Positions 26,971-42,520 of a stretch of 64,000 bases of DNA are shown here, one piece after another. How positions within the stretch are numbered: position 1 is the first letter of the stretch; the number at the start of each line of letters is the position of its first letter. Origin of the DNA: the human T2T-CHM13v2.0 reference genome, Homo sapiens; assembly GCF_009914755.1 (NCBI RefSeq), contig NC_060932.1; one strand, 5' to 3'. Made by a program: the position numbers and the translations under genes. The notes beneath the pieces were generated by a model. That model worked only from the letters and a program-made list of their open reading frames with translations. It ran no database searches and was not told the DNA's origin.

Positions 26971-27369
26971 TCACAATAATTTCTGAATATCATAGTTGGA
27001 TACTTTCACTGAATAATCAGTGTTTACATTTCCCTGATTGTCTTAAAAATTTATAGAGTTTGTTAATTTGAAATGGGACCTAAACAAGGTCCAAAGACAG
27101 CAATTCGTTTTGTGTGAAACAAATCAGAACTTCCTGCAGAATCTTGTGAGATATTAATGTCTATTAATGTCCACTCTTGTCCATTAAGAAATACTGAATA
27201 GGAAAGGGCCAAAATCATTTTAGGACATCCATAACTACTGCTACATAGAAAAAAAAATCCTATGTGGAATATGACAATCTGCTCTGACCTGTTTGTCTAA
27301 ATTTTTCCATTGCATTAGTTTGCTTATTGGATTCTCCAGAACACAATGTGTGACCATTTTCAAACCATT

Positions 27370-28090
27370 TTGACACGTATTTATTGAGTGCCTCACAGGT
27401 ATTATGCTAACTAGTGTGGGGACACAAAGATAAACAAGACAATCCCTATCCCCAAGTACTTCACACATTAGAAAGTGGTAGGGGGGAAGTAAATTAATGA
27501 CTAGAATAAAAGACTGAAAATGATCATGCAAAGTAAGAATTACAAAATGCTCTGGGAACAGAAAGAAGCAAAGGATTACCACTAATTGGAAAAACAAGGA
27601 AAGAATTAAGGAATGACAGAACATTAGAACTGACTCTTGAGGCACAGATCTAATTTGGAATGAGGTAGACAGCGAAAAATATTTCAAAGAAATGGGAAAG
27701 TATGTACATATAAATGTGAAAAAGGTATGTTCAGGGATTTGTGAAAAATCTTGTGGAATTCTATAAAGTACAGGGACATGGATAGTTAGGGCCAAGGCTA
27801 AACAGGTGGCTTACAGCCAGATTATGGGGTGCCTTGAACAAAATTCTGAGGAATTTTGACTTTGCTCCACAGACAATGTGGTATTTCTGATGGCTTCAAT
27901 GAGTGAGCATATGAATCCTGTCTTTCAAGAACTTTCTCTTGTGGTAGGTACATATATGCAGAAAGGCAAAAACTAGAGGCAAGAAGACTCCCTGGATGTG
28001 ATATACAAGCCTGAGATGTCACAGGGCCGAGGCAATGGTAGTACAGAAAGAGAGAGAAATGGTTAAATTCCTGGCTAAATTAAATGGTTA
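27370..28090 (-). mobile_element. L2 LINE fragment
   Basis: tatttattgagtgcct... reverse 3' end of L2, purine-rich body. Confidence 0.65.
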
Positions 28091-31000
28091 AATTTTAGGG
28101 AGGAAAAAAAGACTTGAAAATAAAACTCAGGAAAATTTAGATTTGAAAATATCAAAGAAAAAATTAAAAATTATAATTTCTTATCAGTAACACTGACATT
28201 CAGATAAATCAATTTCACTTGAATAACAATACATGAATTATTTTTATTACAATTATAGACGATCATGTTTTTTAACATAATGCACTACTGAGCATACTGT
28301 CACTTAGAAGGAGGTGACATTCCAAAACATCACAGATTATTGTCAGCCCCAAAGATGTGATACATGTTGTGATCCCTTTTATGAATAATGTGCAGTTTAT
28401 TTTTATGCAACAGCACACCACATGTTTTGGTTGTTAACAGATGACAAACTTTTTACCATGGTTTTAAACTTGCACACTGGGAATGAAAACTATTTATACA
28501 GTAAACATTTTAGCGGATCCTATCTTTGGACAAGTTTAATTAAAGAATGAGAGACCAATTGCACAATCAGGCAGACTCAGGGGAGGAAGCAGGAACTTGC
28601 TTCTTTGCTGAATACATTACTTTTTCCCAGCAATTTAAAGCATACATGGAAATTAATGGCACTATTGAATTTTATAATAAATCCCTTAAGCATTTAGCTT
28701 TTTTTGTTAGCTGTTTTCAAACTCAGTGTTAATAAAGCTGTAACACCCAAGGTAGAAGGAAAGCATAACTTAACGCTTTAATGAGATGCCACTACAAGCA
28801 TTCCTCAAATAGCTTTCCAATATTCTCATAACTTATTCAACTTGTAGATGTTTGTTTTCACATATAAACACTTCCTAGAAAAATATCCCTGAAGAATAAC
28901 CACCTTTCTCTTGCACTTAAAGACATTGGAATGTCATGTGGATAAAGTTTATCACAGTCATTAAGAGCCTCTTAGAAAAGGAACATACACAAGCAATATC
29001 AGATTACTCTTCTATTGCATTTGGACTTAGGGATAACATGCATTTTATACAAAGTAATCACTGGAGGGAAAGTAATGATAATAGTTGCTCATATCTGTAT
29101 AGCATGACACCAGCGACAAAGCCAAATGGCCATCTGACCTGCACGAAAAATGCAGGAGTGCAGGTAGAATTATCTCCATGTTTTATACATGGGAGAAAAA
29201 GCTCAGAGAGGCCAGGAGACTTGTTCAAGATGAAATAGCAAATAAGAATTGGTAAAGCTGATTAACACTCCTAGTCAAGAACCCTTTCTACTGTACTGCA
29301 AGAATTTTCTAGAATTAAATAAGTGATTTCACACTAGTAAGAGGAATTCATATGCCTATAAGGAAAATGCTCACTGATAAAATGATAATAATAGCTACTC
29401 AAAAGCTGAAGCAGACAAAAGAACAGGGCTCATAAGAGCCTTGACCTCCAGCATCACATTTAGCCACACACTTTAATCTAAAAACACACCAGATCAAACC
29501 CCAAACTCAGACTGACCAAGAATGGAAACCTCTTGTGTATTTCCATGACGCTAGTACCAATGCACTAAGTGTGTTTGATACTATTAATCTAAAAGGCAAT
29601 TTTAAAATATTCCTCATTTTTCTCTCTTTCTAACAAGTCTCTTCACTTGTATTTAATAATCACAGAGAAATACTCCAGTAAGAGCACTGTCAAGCTATTA
29701 TCATACTTCTCAGGGGGTGAAAGACAATCTGCCTCTGGCCTCCTTCCTCAGAAGGCGCAGAGGTATGCAATTAATGGCGCAACAACACATACCCTGCTGG
29801 GTCCTATACTGCTTGACTCTTAGGACTGTCTGGAAGTGCCATGAAAAAATATACTGCAGAGAATGCACATGTATGCTCACAGCAGCAGTTAAAAGGCAAA
29901 GACGCAGTATGAATCAAAGTGACAAGGCCCAGAAATTAAATGCTCACCCAAGTTCATTGGTTTTATGTTGAAGCTATAATTTGCAATTAATGCTACTTCC
30001 ACCCTATGACTAGCTGAATGACATTAGTAATAACATCACTACTATGATGATATAAATGCACAAGGAAGTCAGTGATCCTTGGGGGAGAGGAGCCAAATTT
30101 CAATGAAGCATAAAAATCAAGGTTATTACCTGAAACACAACTTTATCAAACCTTGGCTTTTATATAAAGGGTATCAATTAAAGGCATCACACTGTATAAA
30201 TAGATTTTATTCACTTTTATTTCAAATTTAAAGTGTGCTTCACACAACTTGAATCAAGTTGATATTTTAATTGTGGTAGCTGGCCCACCCCAAAGGTTTC
30301 AGATAAATAATATATACATATAATCATAGATGTAGGTGCTAATTAAATCCATTACTTTAATTTCATTAAATTATCATGAAGCAGGAATGGGACAAAGAGG
30401 AGAAGGTATCATCAACGTACTGATGAATCAAAGTAGCAAAAGCGTAAAAGTCATTGGATATTAGAAAAAAATGAATTATGATAATTTTCCCAAAAAGGGT
30501 TTTTAAGACAAGACTCTAATGTAATCTTCTGTATAGAGAGCATAGCCCATGACACCCAAGTTAAGTACTGCTCTTGGAGTACTGCTGGGCTTGCTGTGAG
30601 CAGAAACACCTGTGATATTTTTTTCCATATCAACTTATCATCCTTGTCATTAGACATACTTCAGTATCTGGGTTCACAGGGCTCTTGCATGGATGTAATC
30701 CTCACCCACTACTTGAGGACCAGCTCAAATGTCATCGCTCCATGAAGACTCCAGTTGCTTTCCATCTCCTGCCAGCAGTGTGTCATTTCCTCCTTGGTGT
30801 TCCCACAGCATTTTGTTCATAGTCTCTACCTCTTTACATTGTAGTTACTTGCTTTGCTTTCAGAGCGCTCCACAGAGCATAGCACACAAAAGGAGCCTAT
30901 ATATTTGGCAAACTAATGCATCATCCTTCTTAGCTAGAAGCTGTTATCTTCTTTATTCAGTTCCCCCTTCCATTCTTTAAGAAGGGTCAACACATGAAAG

Positions 31001-32451
31001 GATGGCTGAAGTCCCAGGACATGGTGCAAGCCGCCTGGCTTTCACCAGACGCAAATGAGTCCTCTGTAAATGAAAGTGTGTCGGAATATATATAATTCTT
31101 TCTCCTACTCCGTTCATCCATACACGCTGACTTTTAAAAATGAACTCAAAGGCAAAAATCAGTGTTCTCTTATTCTACCATGACCAACTCAACAAATGTA
31201 TTTATAATTTGAAATGAGTTTAGAATTCGCAACATAAAGTGCTATATATTCACCTTAAGTGGTTAACATATCTAGTAGTAAATAATTTAGGAGGGGAACC
31301 ATGAAAGAAGTACTGTTATGCCCTCAGTAATGTTTTCTTATTACTTTAATAATAAGAGTTAAAGGAAAAAAAAAAACAACATTCTTTCTGGCATGAGAGA
31401 CCCATGAATCGGTCTATGGCAATGACCCAGGAAATGCTGAGTACCTTCTGAGTACAAAGCACAGCTAAGTCCCTTTGCAGAAAGTGAACAAACGAAGTGG
31501 AATGCATCTGCCATTTATTATTAGGGTTATGTTTTCCCTCAAACATCGTCATCCTATACAGCAATATTTGTTCAGTAAATGACATGTCCCCACATACATG
31601 ATGAGGATTTAATTAGTTGCCTCAAATAGTTAAGCAGCAAAAATCTCAAAGAGGATAGTGTCTACTCTCAGCTGCTGAAATCAGGGTGGAGAATGAGGAC
31701 AGCAGGAGCAGGAAGGAGGATGGGGGACTTGAGACAGTGGTCAAGTGGGTCTCTCCAGTCCTAGGCCAGAGGCAGTTGCTGTCTTTCCCAGGCAACATAT
31801 TTGCAGCACTGGGAAAGGCTCACCTTTCTTCTAGCACTTGCTGGCATCAATGCAGTAGTAACTGACGGCATCAGAAAAAGCTAGACCTTTGAAAATATCA
31901 TTGATAAAAATCTTGTTCTTTCATATCTGAAGTTTGAGCATGTATAGAGGGCAACTGAGAATTTGTTAAAAGTAGTCTTTTAGTCCTGATTAAAATTTGC
32001 ACGGTTTGCTAAAGGAATGGAGCTGAGTGAGGTGAGAGTCTGCCGATGAGATAGAACATGGGTCATGAGATGAAAAGGGTCTCCGCCAAGATTCAGGCAG
32101 TAACAGCTGCCTCAACTACCAAGCTCAGTATTCTGTCCACGCCATGAGAAGGAAGCACTGCAAGGTTTCCTTAGCTCCTCAGTACAGCTAGGTTTGCTTA
32201 CCATTTGTGGCTCATATGGTTATCTTTAAAATAGCTGTTTAATAAACTTAAAATTTTTTTTCATACTACAGGTTCAGCTTTTCTCAAACGATCCTTTTGT
32301 TGGCTTTATATTTTATTAAAAAACCCCTTCAAATCGGATTCAAATATTGTCAAAAAATGATTTCTGAATCAGGTGATACCAATAAAAATTTTTAGTTAAG
32401 ATGGGCCTGATACACAGACCAGACTGACTAGGTCAGCAGCGTATCTTAACT

Positions 32452-32670
32452 AACACTTCTCAACCATGACTACACATGAGAATTATTGCACCTAGAGTGA
32501 TGAAATCAGAATAGTTGAGGGTGGGACCCAGGGCACTGTCTGAACTCTCCCCCATGTGATTCTACCGCACTTTCTTCTTCCTCTTCATCCACTGGGATCC
32601 ATCCTGCAGTCCTTTGCTCTCACTGTGCCTGGCCAGCAGTGACACAGAGCTGGGTTAGACTAGCAGGCAG
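32452..32670. mobile_element. Degenerate MER5-like hAT element, apparently interrupted at 32570-32644
   Basis: ttctcaacc..cacatgagaat..aatcagaat..gggtgggaccca..gtgattcta motifs. Confidence 0.5.
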
Positions 32671-33248
32671 GTAGGGGTGGGAAATGCTACAGTATACAGT
32701 GGTGCCTAAGGAGAACCTAGTTTTGTTTGGGTGCATCACTGGTTTCAATAGCAGTTAATTATCCGTACATTAGCTTCAGGTGCTCTAGATGGAGGGCGAG
32801 GAGGAAAGGGGAAGTTAGATAAAAGCATTATGGCAGGTGATACACCACGAGTGCGGCTGCTCTCCTGGCACTGAGCTCATGCCCTGCTACCTTCATCCTG
32901 GACCAGCTCCTAATGACGTGGCAGGGCTAGCGACGGGGCTTTCTGTGCTATTCCAGTACTTTGAGGATCCAATGCTACCCCTCCACGTGGAAATCCTGCT
33001 TTCTGTTAGCAAACATCCTCTGCTGGCAGCTTTACTTGTGGTCTGTTCCAGAATCCCTATGAGGCTAGGTTTCTCCGTATTTCTGAGACAGATTTGCCTG
33101 CTGCCTCCTGCGTGGCCTCCAGACACTGCCTGTGGGAGATGCCTAATCTTCATTCCATGCTCACCCACATCTCTGTCACTGCTGACCGGGCATGGTAGCA
33201 GCAAAGGACTGTGGGGTGGATCCCAATGGATGAAGAGGAAGAAGAAAG
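32570..33248. repeat. Inverted repeat: 75-bp arms 32570-32644 and 33174-33248, 529-bp spacer
   Basis: Manual ungapped alignment of arm 1 with the reverse complement of arm 2 gives 64/75 identity. Confidence 0.93.
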
Positions 33249-34899
33249 AACATTGCAGCAAAGAGGAAAGGCATGACTGACATTCATAGTGTTAAGGAAA
33301 GGCGGTAGACTGGCTTCCCAGGCAGGATGTAATAAAATCACTCAAATTAAAACAGAATTTGATTTATTTTCACCATTATTAATATTTTCCTATTGTCAAT
33401 ATATATTTGATTTTTAAGTGAAAAATATAAAAATATCGCAGGAACTACTGCTCCAAATGCCACTGGACCTACCATTATATTAGAAGAATGAAAAGTGCTA
33501 TGGGGAAGAGGTCTGCAGGGCTCAGACTAAGGTAATTTTCAGTAAAGCATTTTTCAAACTAATGTACTCACCAATTTGAAGTCTTGTTTAAATAAATGAA
33601 TATATTCAACTACTCACAGCACTGTCTTTTTATGGCACATTTTTTGAAAGCTTAATTTTAAGTTAATTTAAGCATATGTGGTTAAAGTTAATCTTTAATT
33701 TGCCTCAGTATAGAAATAGACAATGTGTTCATAAACAATGAAGTGCATTGCCTGATTTGAAGGAGTGTCACATCTTCCATCATTAAAAAAATTACAATCT
33801 TAACAGTCATTTTAAAACATACCAATACCTGATTTTTTTTTCCTTAAGAAAAGTATTTTACTTTCCTGCTCACATTGTCACAATCATTATACAAATTAGC
33901 TTTGTAAAATGTGGAGTGCTCCATGGGCAGCATTAGAATGGGATTTTAATGATAATGAAGAATTTGCTATTGTTGTCCTGTGGTGTGTTTGACTGAAGAT
34001 GCACTCTGGTGAAAACAGGTGTCCTAAATTATCACATGTACTACACTATGGTTAGAAATCATGAAATGAAAAATAAAAACAAAGAGAATGTGTATTTTAA
34101 CACAGCTAAAAACCTCTACTATACTTGCTAAGACTGATGATATATGCTGAGCTTATTTCAATCACTAAAATTGCCATAATTAAACTTCTCTCTAAATCAG
34201 ACTTGTATGAGAGTCAGAAATCTTGTATAATTAACTTATCTGTGGAAGTAATCAGACAATAACTGCTGGTGTATTTTAGGAACCACTAAAACTACTGTAG
34301 CTGTTGAATGTAATGACTACAATAAATCTTTAAGAGCAGTTATCTCATAATCTCTTTTCACAGCTGCAAGGGTGGACGGGAGACTGTTTTTTCAAAGCTT
34401 TTCCTTGAGTTGGTTTATTATGCTATTGCTACATTGCTCTTCAACAACATGGAAAAATTACTAGGCATAGTGGTTAGCTGGAACTGAACCACCAGCCTGT
34501 GCTGCAACATCTAGGCAGGCTGTTGTCAATGAGGAATACCTAGTGTTTCAGGACTGCTAAAGACAAGGCTAAAGCATCTCCAGTGGGCAGCAAAAAGACA
34601 AAGACAGATCTAACTAGGCTAACCATGCAGTAATTAAGTTCAAGGCGGTGATGGCTTGATCAAGCCCATGTGCATCAATGGAATGGACCCTCAGAGACTG
34701 AATGATTGCAACTTCATGGTGTCTTTGCAGCCAGGCACTACAGTTCTCATCTCAATAAGATGAATGAATAAATTTTTAAAGGAAAGGACCACACTTCATA
34801 CTTCCCAAGCTCACAAGCCAAAGCATCCCTGGCTGACTTAGTTGCCACCTTCATGGGTAGCCCCAGGGAGCCTGGTGAAAAAGCTAGCAGAAATTTGAG

Positions 34900-35250
34900 G
34901 GCGATGGATTAGCTATAATGACTTCAAAAACAAATCATCCCCAACTTCAGCACCTTGCAACAGCCATAAACATTTATTGTATTTCCCAAGTTTTTTGCTA
35001 TATGGACACAGCTTCTTGTATACTCTCATAATGCAGGAGCTCGTTTCCTCCAGAGTGAGCGATTAAAAGGGATTATGGTAAAAACTGCAACATTTTTTAT
35101 GAGTTAGCCTTGGAAGTCACACTCTGTCATTTCTGCAATATTCTTTCGGCCACACAGGTCAGCTTTATTCAATAGACAGAGAACTACACAGAGGCATGAA
35201 TGTCAGGAGGCAAGAATCACTGGAGGCTGCCTTCGAGGCTGACTACTATA
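34900..35250 (-). mobile_element. Old MLT1 (H-K type) LTR fragment
   Basis: agccttggaagtcacactctgtcatttctgcaatattct and terminal tggaggctgccttcgaggctgactacta. Confidence 0.6.
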
Positions 35251-35519
35251 AAAATCTACCTCCGGAAAGAGCAGCTTCTGATGAAAGTACAAGTCGTTAT
35301 GTTTTGCTTGAGTGCATTTCCCAATAGAGGAGATAAAAGTTCTACTGGCTTGAGGTGTAAGAGGGCAGAACTTGGGGTTGGCCAGGCAACTGAAATTTAG
35401 ATAGTGAATCCCAGAAGCAAGGGGAAATTCCAGAAGCAAGTCTCAAAATCTGAGTATGAATTCTACTCAAATCTTTGGCAAACAAGTAAACTCTGAAGGC
35501 ACAAGACACCGCCACCCTT

Positions 35520-36560
<1,041 letters not shown>

Positions 36561-36819
36561 ATGGGTAAGGCTTAAACAAGAACCCATCTGAAAATAACTT
36601 GAAATGTAGCAAGTATATTTGTAGACACTTAAAGTTAATTCATAGTTTGACTTTTCTGTTTATAATTCTTCCTGCCCACCATTCAGGCTATATGCATCTT
36701 ATAATATCACTATCAGATGAAGGGGCAAGAATGAAAGGGAAGGGGGTTAGTCACATTTTTTTCATACTACAACTATTTATTCAGCACCCACTATCTATGG
36801 TTAAGCACCACTAGAATAG

Positions 36820-37218
36820 TGTGATGGTTAATTATATTTGTCTACTTGGCTAAGCCATGGTACCCAGATATTTGGTTGAACATGTCTGGATGTTGCTGAG
36901 AAGGTATTTTTGGTGAGATTAACATTTAAATCAGTAGACTTTGAGTAAAGCAGATTACTCTCCATAATATGAGTAGTCCTGATCCAATCAGATGAAGGCC
37001 TTAAGAAAAAGTCTTATCTCCTTCCAAGGAAAAGTAATTCTGCCTCCAGACTCAAGCTGCAACATTAACTCTGCTCTGAGGATTTTGGACTGGCCAGCCT
37101 CTACAATCACGTAAGCCAATTCCTTAAAATAAATCTCTATCTATTTCTATATCTATACACATACACCATCCTGTTGGTTTTGTTTCTCTGGAGAACTCTG
37201 TAAACTCTGATTAATATA
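36820..37218 (+). mobile_element. MLT2 (ERVL) solo LTR
   Basis: tgtgatggttaatt start, cagtagactttgagtaaagcagattac, tgtttctctggagaactctg..taata end. Confidence 0.85.
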
Positions 37219-37832
37219 AGGGGATAAGGGTTGGTCATGGTTCCTACTCTTAATAAGCTTTTTGTCTAGAAATTAAAAGGAAAATTCAAAATATGTGCTA
37301 ATAAAAAATCTGTAAGCACAAGGCATCTTGGGAACAAAAAGAGAAACACACTTTCTGGTCTGGGGTAGGAGATGGGAGTGCAGTCAGAGAAGGCTTCCTG
37401 AAAGACAGAACATCTAAGCTCAGTTTTAAGAAATGGGAGTGATAAAAGGGAAGTGGAGCGATTAGGAAGAGCATTTTGAACACAGGGAGGCCATAAGCAG
37501 GGGCTATATCCTGAGATGCGTCATGTGCTGCACTAAGAAGTTTATTTTTTTATCATCAAAGCAATAGAGAACTTTGTTCAAATATGTTATATACAGTTAT
37601 AAGAATCACAAGGAAAACTTCACTGAAGATTTTTTAAATAAGAAAACTGAATGACACTTGATTATTAGCTACGTCTGTTCTATTTTCTTTATGATCACAG
37701 AAAACTAAGAACTATCCATATGAAGTACTAGTTGCACCAAGCTGATTTACTGGCTGTAATACAGCCATCTCCACCTTTCTTTAAGTTGCTTTGCAGATGT
37801 GATTTCTGTTAGTGTAAATGTGATTTGTTTTC

Positions 37833-37848
37833 TAGCGCCATCTGGTGT
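37833..37848 (-). promoter_or_regulatory. Candidate CTCF binding site
   Basis: Minus strand ACACCAGATGGCGCTA, close to the CTCF core CCACCAG(G/A)(G/T)GGCGCT. Motif only, no occupancy data. Confidence 0.5.
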
Positions 37849-38227
37849 TTTGTTAGGGCCCTGATTATGACTTTAAAAAAAAATACAAATAGTACCCAGG
37901 AAATCTTTAAGTGTTTTAAAGACATGTAAATACTGTTTAAACATATTCTTAATTGTAATGAATAATTTAATAAGATATTAAGTATAAGTCTAAATAAAAA
38001 ATTTTAGGAAAAGTCCACAATACAAATACAGTTTTATCTAACACCCACCCACCCACGTGCACACATAGATACACACAAGAAAAAACACATTTCCTTTGCT
38101 CTTCAAATTTCTTTAAAGGCTCACAAATCCCAACTGATAACTGACCTTTGATAATATACTAAATCAAGAACATATTGCACATTTTTGTGTTCAGTGAATT
38201 TGTCAAAGTACAGCTTTTAAAGGTTAG

Positions 38228-38534
<307 letters not shown>

Positions 38535-38589
38535 ATAGATCCATATTTGACCTCTCTCACTCCATTATTCCACCCATTATCAAACCCTA

Positions 38590-39330
38590 CTAACTTTATA
38601 TCCAAATATATGTAGAATCTAACCAGCACTCACCACTTCTACTCTACATCGTAATCCTGGTCATCATCATGTCTTGCCTGGACCACTGCAATAGTCTCCT
38701 AATTGGTTTCCCTGCTTCCAGTCTTGCACCCCTATGGCCAGAATGAGCCTTTGAAAACATAATGCAATCATATCCATCTTCTGCCCAGAATCTCCCAATG
38801 GCCATCTCACTGGAGGTAATACACAAGTTCTTACTTTTGTCTTCGAAAGCCTATGTGATTTGAACCCTTGACCACTCTGGTCTCATGCACTCCTGCACTC
38901 TCCCCTCATACCTTCTTTACCAGCAATCGCCTCCTTGTTAGGCCTCAAACATGCTAAGCACACATGCCCTGAGGACCATGAGAATGCTCCCCAAGTCTCG
39001 GAACTCTTCTCCCAGACGCCGGTGCAACTCCTGCCCTTGCCTCTTCAAATCTCTGCTTAAATGTCACCATCCAAGAGGCCTATTACACAGCAACACCTCC
39101 TGCTCATTCTGTTTTCCTTTCCTGTCTTATATTCCTTTTCACACTTCACACTGCCTCTTATATTTTAATTTTTTAAAACTACATATCCAGCCCCACTCTC
39201 TCCCCTATACACACTAAAAAGCAAGTACAATGAGAGCTGCAACTGTTTTATTGACTGTTTTGGGCCCAGTGCCTAAAACAGAGCCTGGACATCATAAGTA
39301 CTCACTATGTACTCAATAAATGGATGAACA
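38590..39330 (+). mobile_element. L2 3' region
   Basis: cttgcctggaccactgcaatagtctcctaattggtttccctgcttcc and terminal ctcaataaatggatgaa. Confidence 0.8.
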
Positions 39331-40699
39331 CGAATGACTGTTTGAATTTGACATTTAACAAGCCATTTTTGTATTGGATTATTTTGTAGTTCACACATTT
39401 TGTGACCATGGGCTATGGAATATGTGGGAAAAGATGACATCCAGTGGGGAGAAACTGATATCGCAATTTTATCTAAAACATAAAAATAATCTGATTTGAC
39501 TCAAGTAACAGATGTCTGCAAATGAGGGCCTATTTTGCCTTAAAAAAATTTCAGTTTCTGTTATTATGAAACTAAAGTCTGATGAGTGAAGGCCATTCCT
39601 TTTTTTTACTACATATTCTGGATATGTAATGTTTACATAATGTTTCCCTTTCCCTTTTCCTTACCAGATAACAGTATCATATGAATCGATTTGAATAAAA
39701 AATACATGGAATTTCCACAGCTCACAATTTGCTCCAATAGATTTTTAATAAATCTGTGATGACATTGATTCATTATTTCTTTTAATTCTGTCTATTCCTG
39801 CATTTCCCCCTTAATAAAATACTTTAGTTACAAACATATTTTGGTTGGTACTGATCTAAAGTGCTAATTTTAAATGGGGGGAGAGTGACAAACCAGTCAA
39901 CAGAAGCCGTTGCAATGATTTTCTTTGCAGGTTCCAGAGGTTCCAGCCTCTACACTTCCCTGGCAAACCCCCTTTAGGATCAGCATCCCTGGAGGTCAGA
40001 CCTGTGCACCGAGGATACCCGACAGTGCAGGGGAAGGTACGGGCTGCTAAGACTAGAATGGGAGGTCTGGAGCATGAGAGGCAGAGATATGAGGAGCTCA
40101 CAATTGCAACTGCCCTGTGAGCAGCAGATTTGGGGCAGGTTTGCAAGTGTTTCTGTTTATCTGCAACAAGCCATGCCCACCATTCGGACTCCCTGTCCCT
40201 CTCTTTGTAAGAATGCATTATAGTGAACCTCCCAGAAGCAAACCAGTCAATGTGTAAATGAGAAAGGGCTCTGTTTGGTACACAGATGTGCATGGGCTGG
40301 GTACGGTGTCCACAGCATGAAGAAAAGTCCAGACTCCCACTGTGGTCTAGTCTTTGACTTTCTCTAACTGTATCTTACACACTCTAGGCTTGTTCAGGTG
40401 CTCCAGCTTCTTGGGCCCTTCTCTCTTGTCTCAGGACTTTTGTACAAACTGTTCCTCTGCTCAGAGTGCTTAGGTTTCCCTAACCTCCTGGGACACCTTC
40501 TTCCCTAATTCACCACCCCTTCTGCCTACGGCATGCTCTCCTGCTTTGTTTCCTCAGAACTCTTACCACAATTTCAGTCTGTGTGTGTACTGCTGGTCTC
40601 CCTACTGGGATGTGAGTTCCCTGAAACAGGAACCTGGTCTGTCTTGCTCTCACCTGCAACCACTTGTCTAGAACAATTCCTGGCATGTAGTTGGCACAC

Positions 40700-41148
40700 T
40701 AATTTTAAGGGGATGAAGTGTGTTTTGAGGGGGAAAGATCAGGAGTCGGTTTTAGACTTGTTAAGTTTGAAGTGATTATTACACATCCAACACATTGAAG
40801 TTATCAGGCAGACAACATGTAGACAGCTGGACACACCAGTCTAGAGTGCAGGCAAAAGACCCAGGCTGTGAGTAAATTTGGCAATCTGTGGCATACAGAG
40901 GCATTTAAAGCCATGAGATTAGATGAGATCATTAAGAGAGTGCGTGTATATGGGGAAATGCTCCGAGGACTAAGTCTGGGGCACTCCGGTGATTAATGGT
41001 CAAGGAGATGAGAAACATCCATCCAAAGAGCCTGAGAAAAGCAAACAGTAGAGAGCAGGAAAAAGACCAAGAGAATGTATCCAGCAAGCCATGTGAAGGG
41101 AGTGTTTGAAGGACAGGAAGTGATCAACTCTATCAAAAGCTGCTGATT
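40700..41148 (-). mobile_element. L2 fragment
   Basis: atttaaagccatgagattagatgagatca; tgatcaactctatcaaaagctgctg. Confidence 0.75.
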
Positions 41149-41393
41149 TGCCCCTTCTTGCCTTGTGTTTTCTCATTAGCAGGTATCGCTATCTTATTTA
41201 TAGTTATGTCCTAAATATATCGGAAGATCCAGGAAGTAAGGCAGCGGAGAGCTTGTGAGAGTATGATGATCGAGCTAATCTCACCGATCTATAAAACAGA
41301 GTCAGCCAACGGTTTCTGATATTAAGGAGAAAACTGCAGCATTATACAAATTATTTAGAAATGCATAACTAAGTACTAGAAAGAAACAGCTAA

Positions 41394-41806
<413 letters not shown>

Positions 41807-42314
41807 CTATATCCTTGTACTACTTTGACAAAAATTAAAAACAACTAGTTAGAAAAGTTTTCATGAATTAAAGGCCTACTTCTCAACTTGTGGGCTGTGA
41901 AATTACAGCCAGAGGCCAGCAATTCCACATGCTCACCAAGTATCATTTGCACACTAAGTAAGATCTTATGCACGTTATGTACAAGATACATATGTAGATA
42001 CTGCTTTCATCACTACAAATTAAATTAAAAGCATTCCTGAAATTGTAATAATATTCAATTATTAAAGATCATATCATTCAACTGATACTAAAAATAGCCA
42101 CTATTCTATGATCATCCATATAATTTTTTAACTCTTTGTAATAAACTTTGTAATAAACTTTTGGCAGGCAGAAATAATTCTTTCTGCATAGCTGTAACTT
42201 TGTTTGTATATCTTTCCAACAATTCAGAGTTCCTTGAAAAAGATATCATGTTCTAGGAATCTTTGGATTCCTATACCTAGTACAGTTGTTGACATATCAA
42301 CAATAAATGATATT

Positions 42315-42520
42315 TAATATATCCTAAGTGCTTTCTATGTTAGCTATTGCTTTAAGCACTTTACGTATATTTTCATTTTATTACTATCATGGAAACACAG
42401 CCTTCAGAAGTTGGTACTCTTATTATTCCTACGTTACAGAAGAGAAAACTGAGGCACAAAAGTTAAGTATTTTTCCCAAGGACGCAAGAGTGCAAAAGTC
42501 AAAACTAGAATTAGAAGCTG
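42315..42520 (-). mobile_element. MIR SINE
   Basis: taagcactttacgtatatt..ttacagaagagaaaactgaggcacaaaagttaagt. Confidence 0.75.

Noticed and set aside
27241-27795. 184-aa minus-strand ORF
   Set aside because: Overlaps an L2 relic, has a non-ATG start and no recognisable domain.
32837-33280. 147-aa and 122-aa overlapping ORFs near the inverted repeat
   Set aside because: No recognisable homology, non-ATG starts, and no poly(A) or TSD to suggest a retrocopy.
42088-42097. Perfect MEF2 motif CTAAAAATAG
   Set aside because: A single AT-rich 10-mer is expected by chance in this composition, and there is no supporting cluster.
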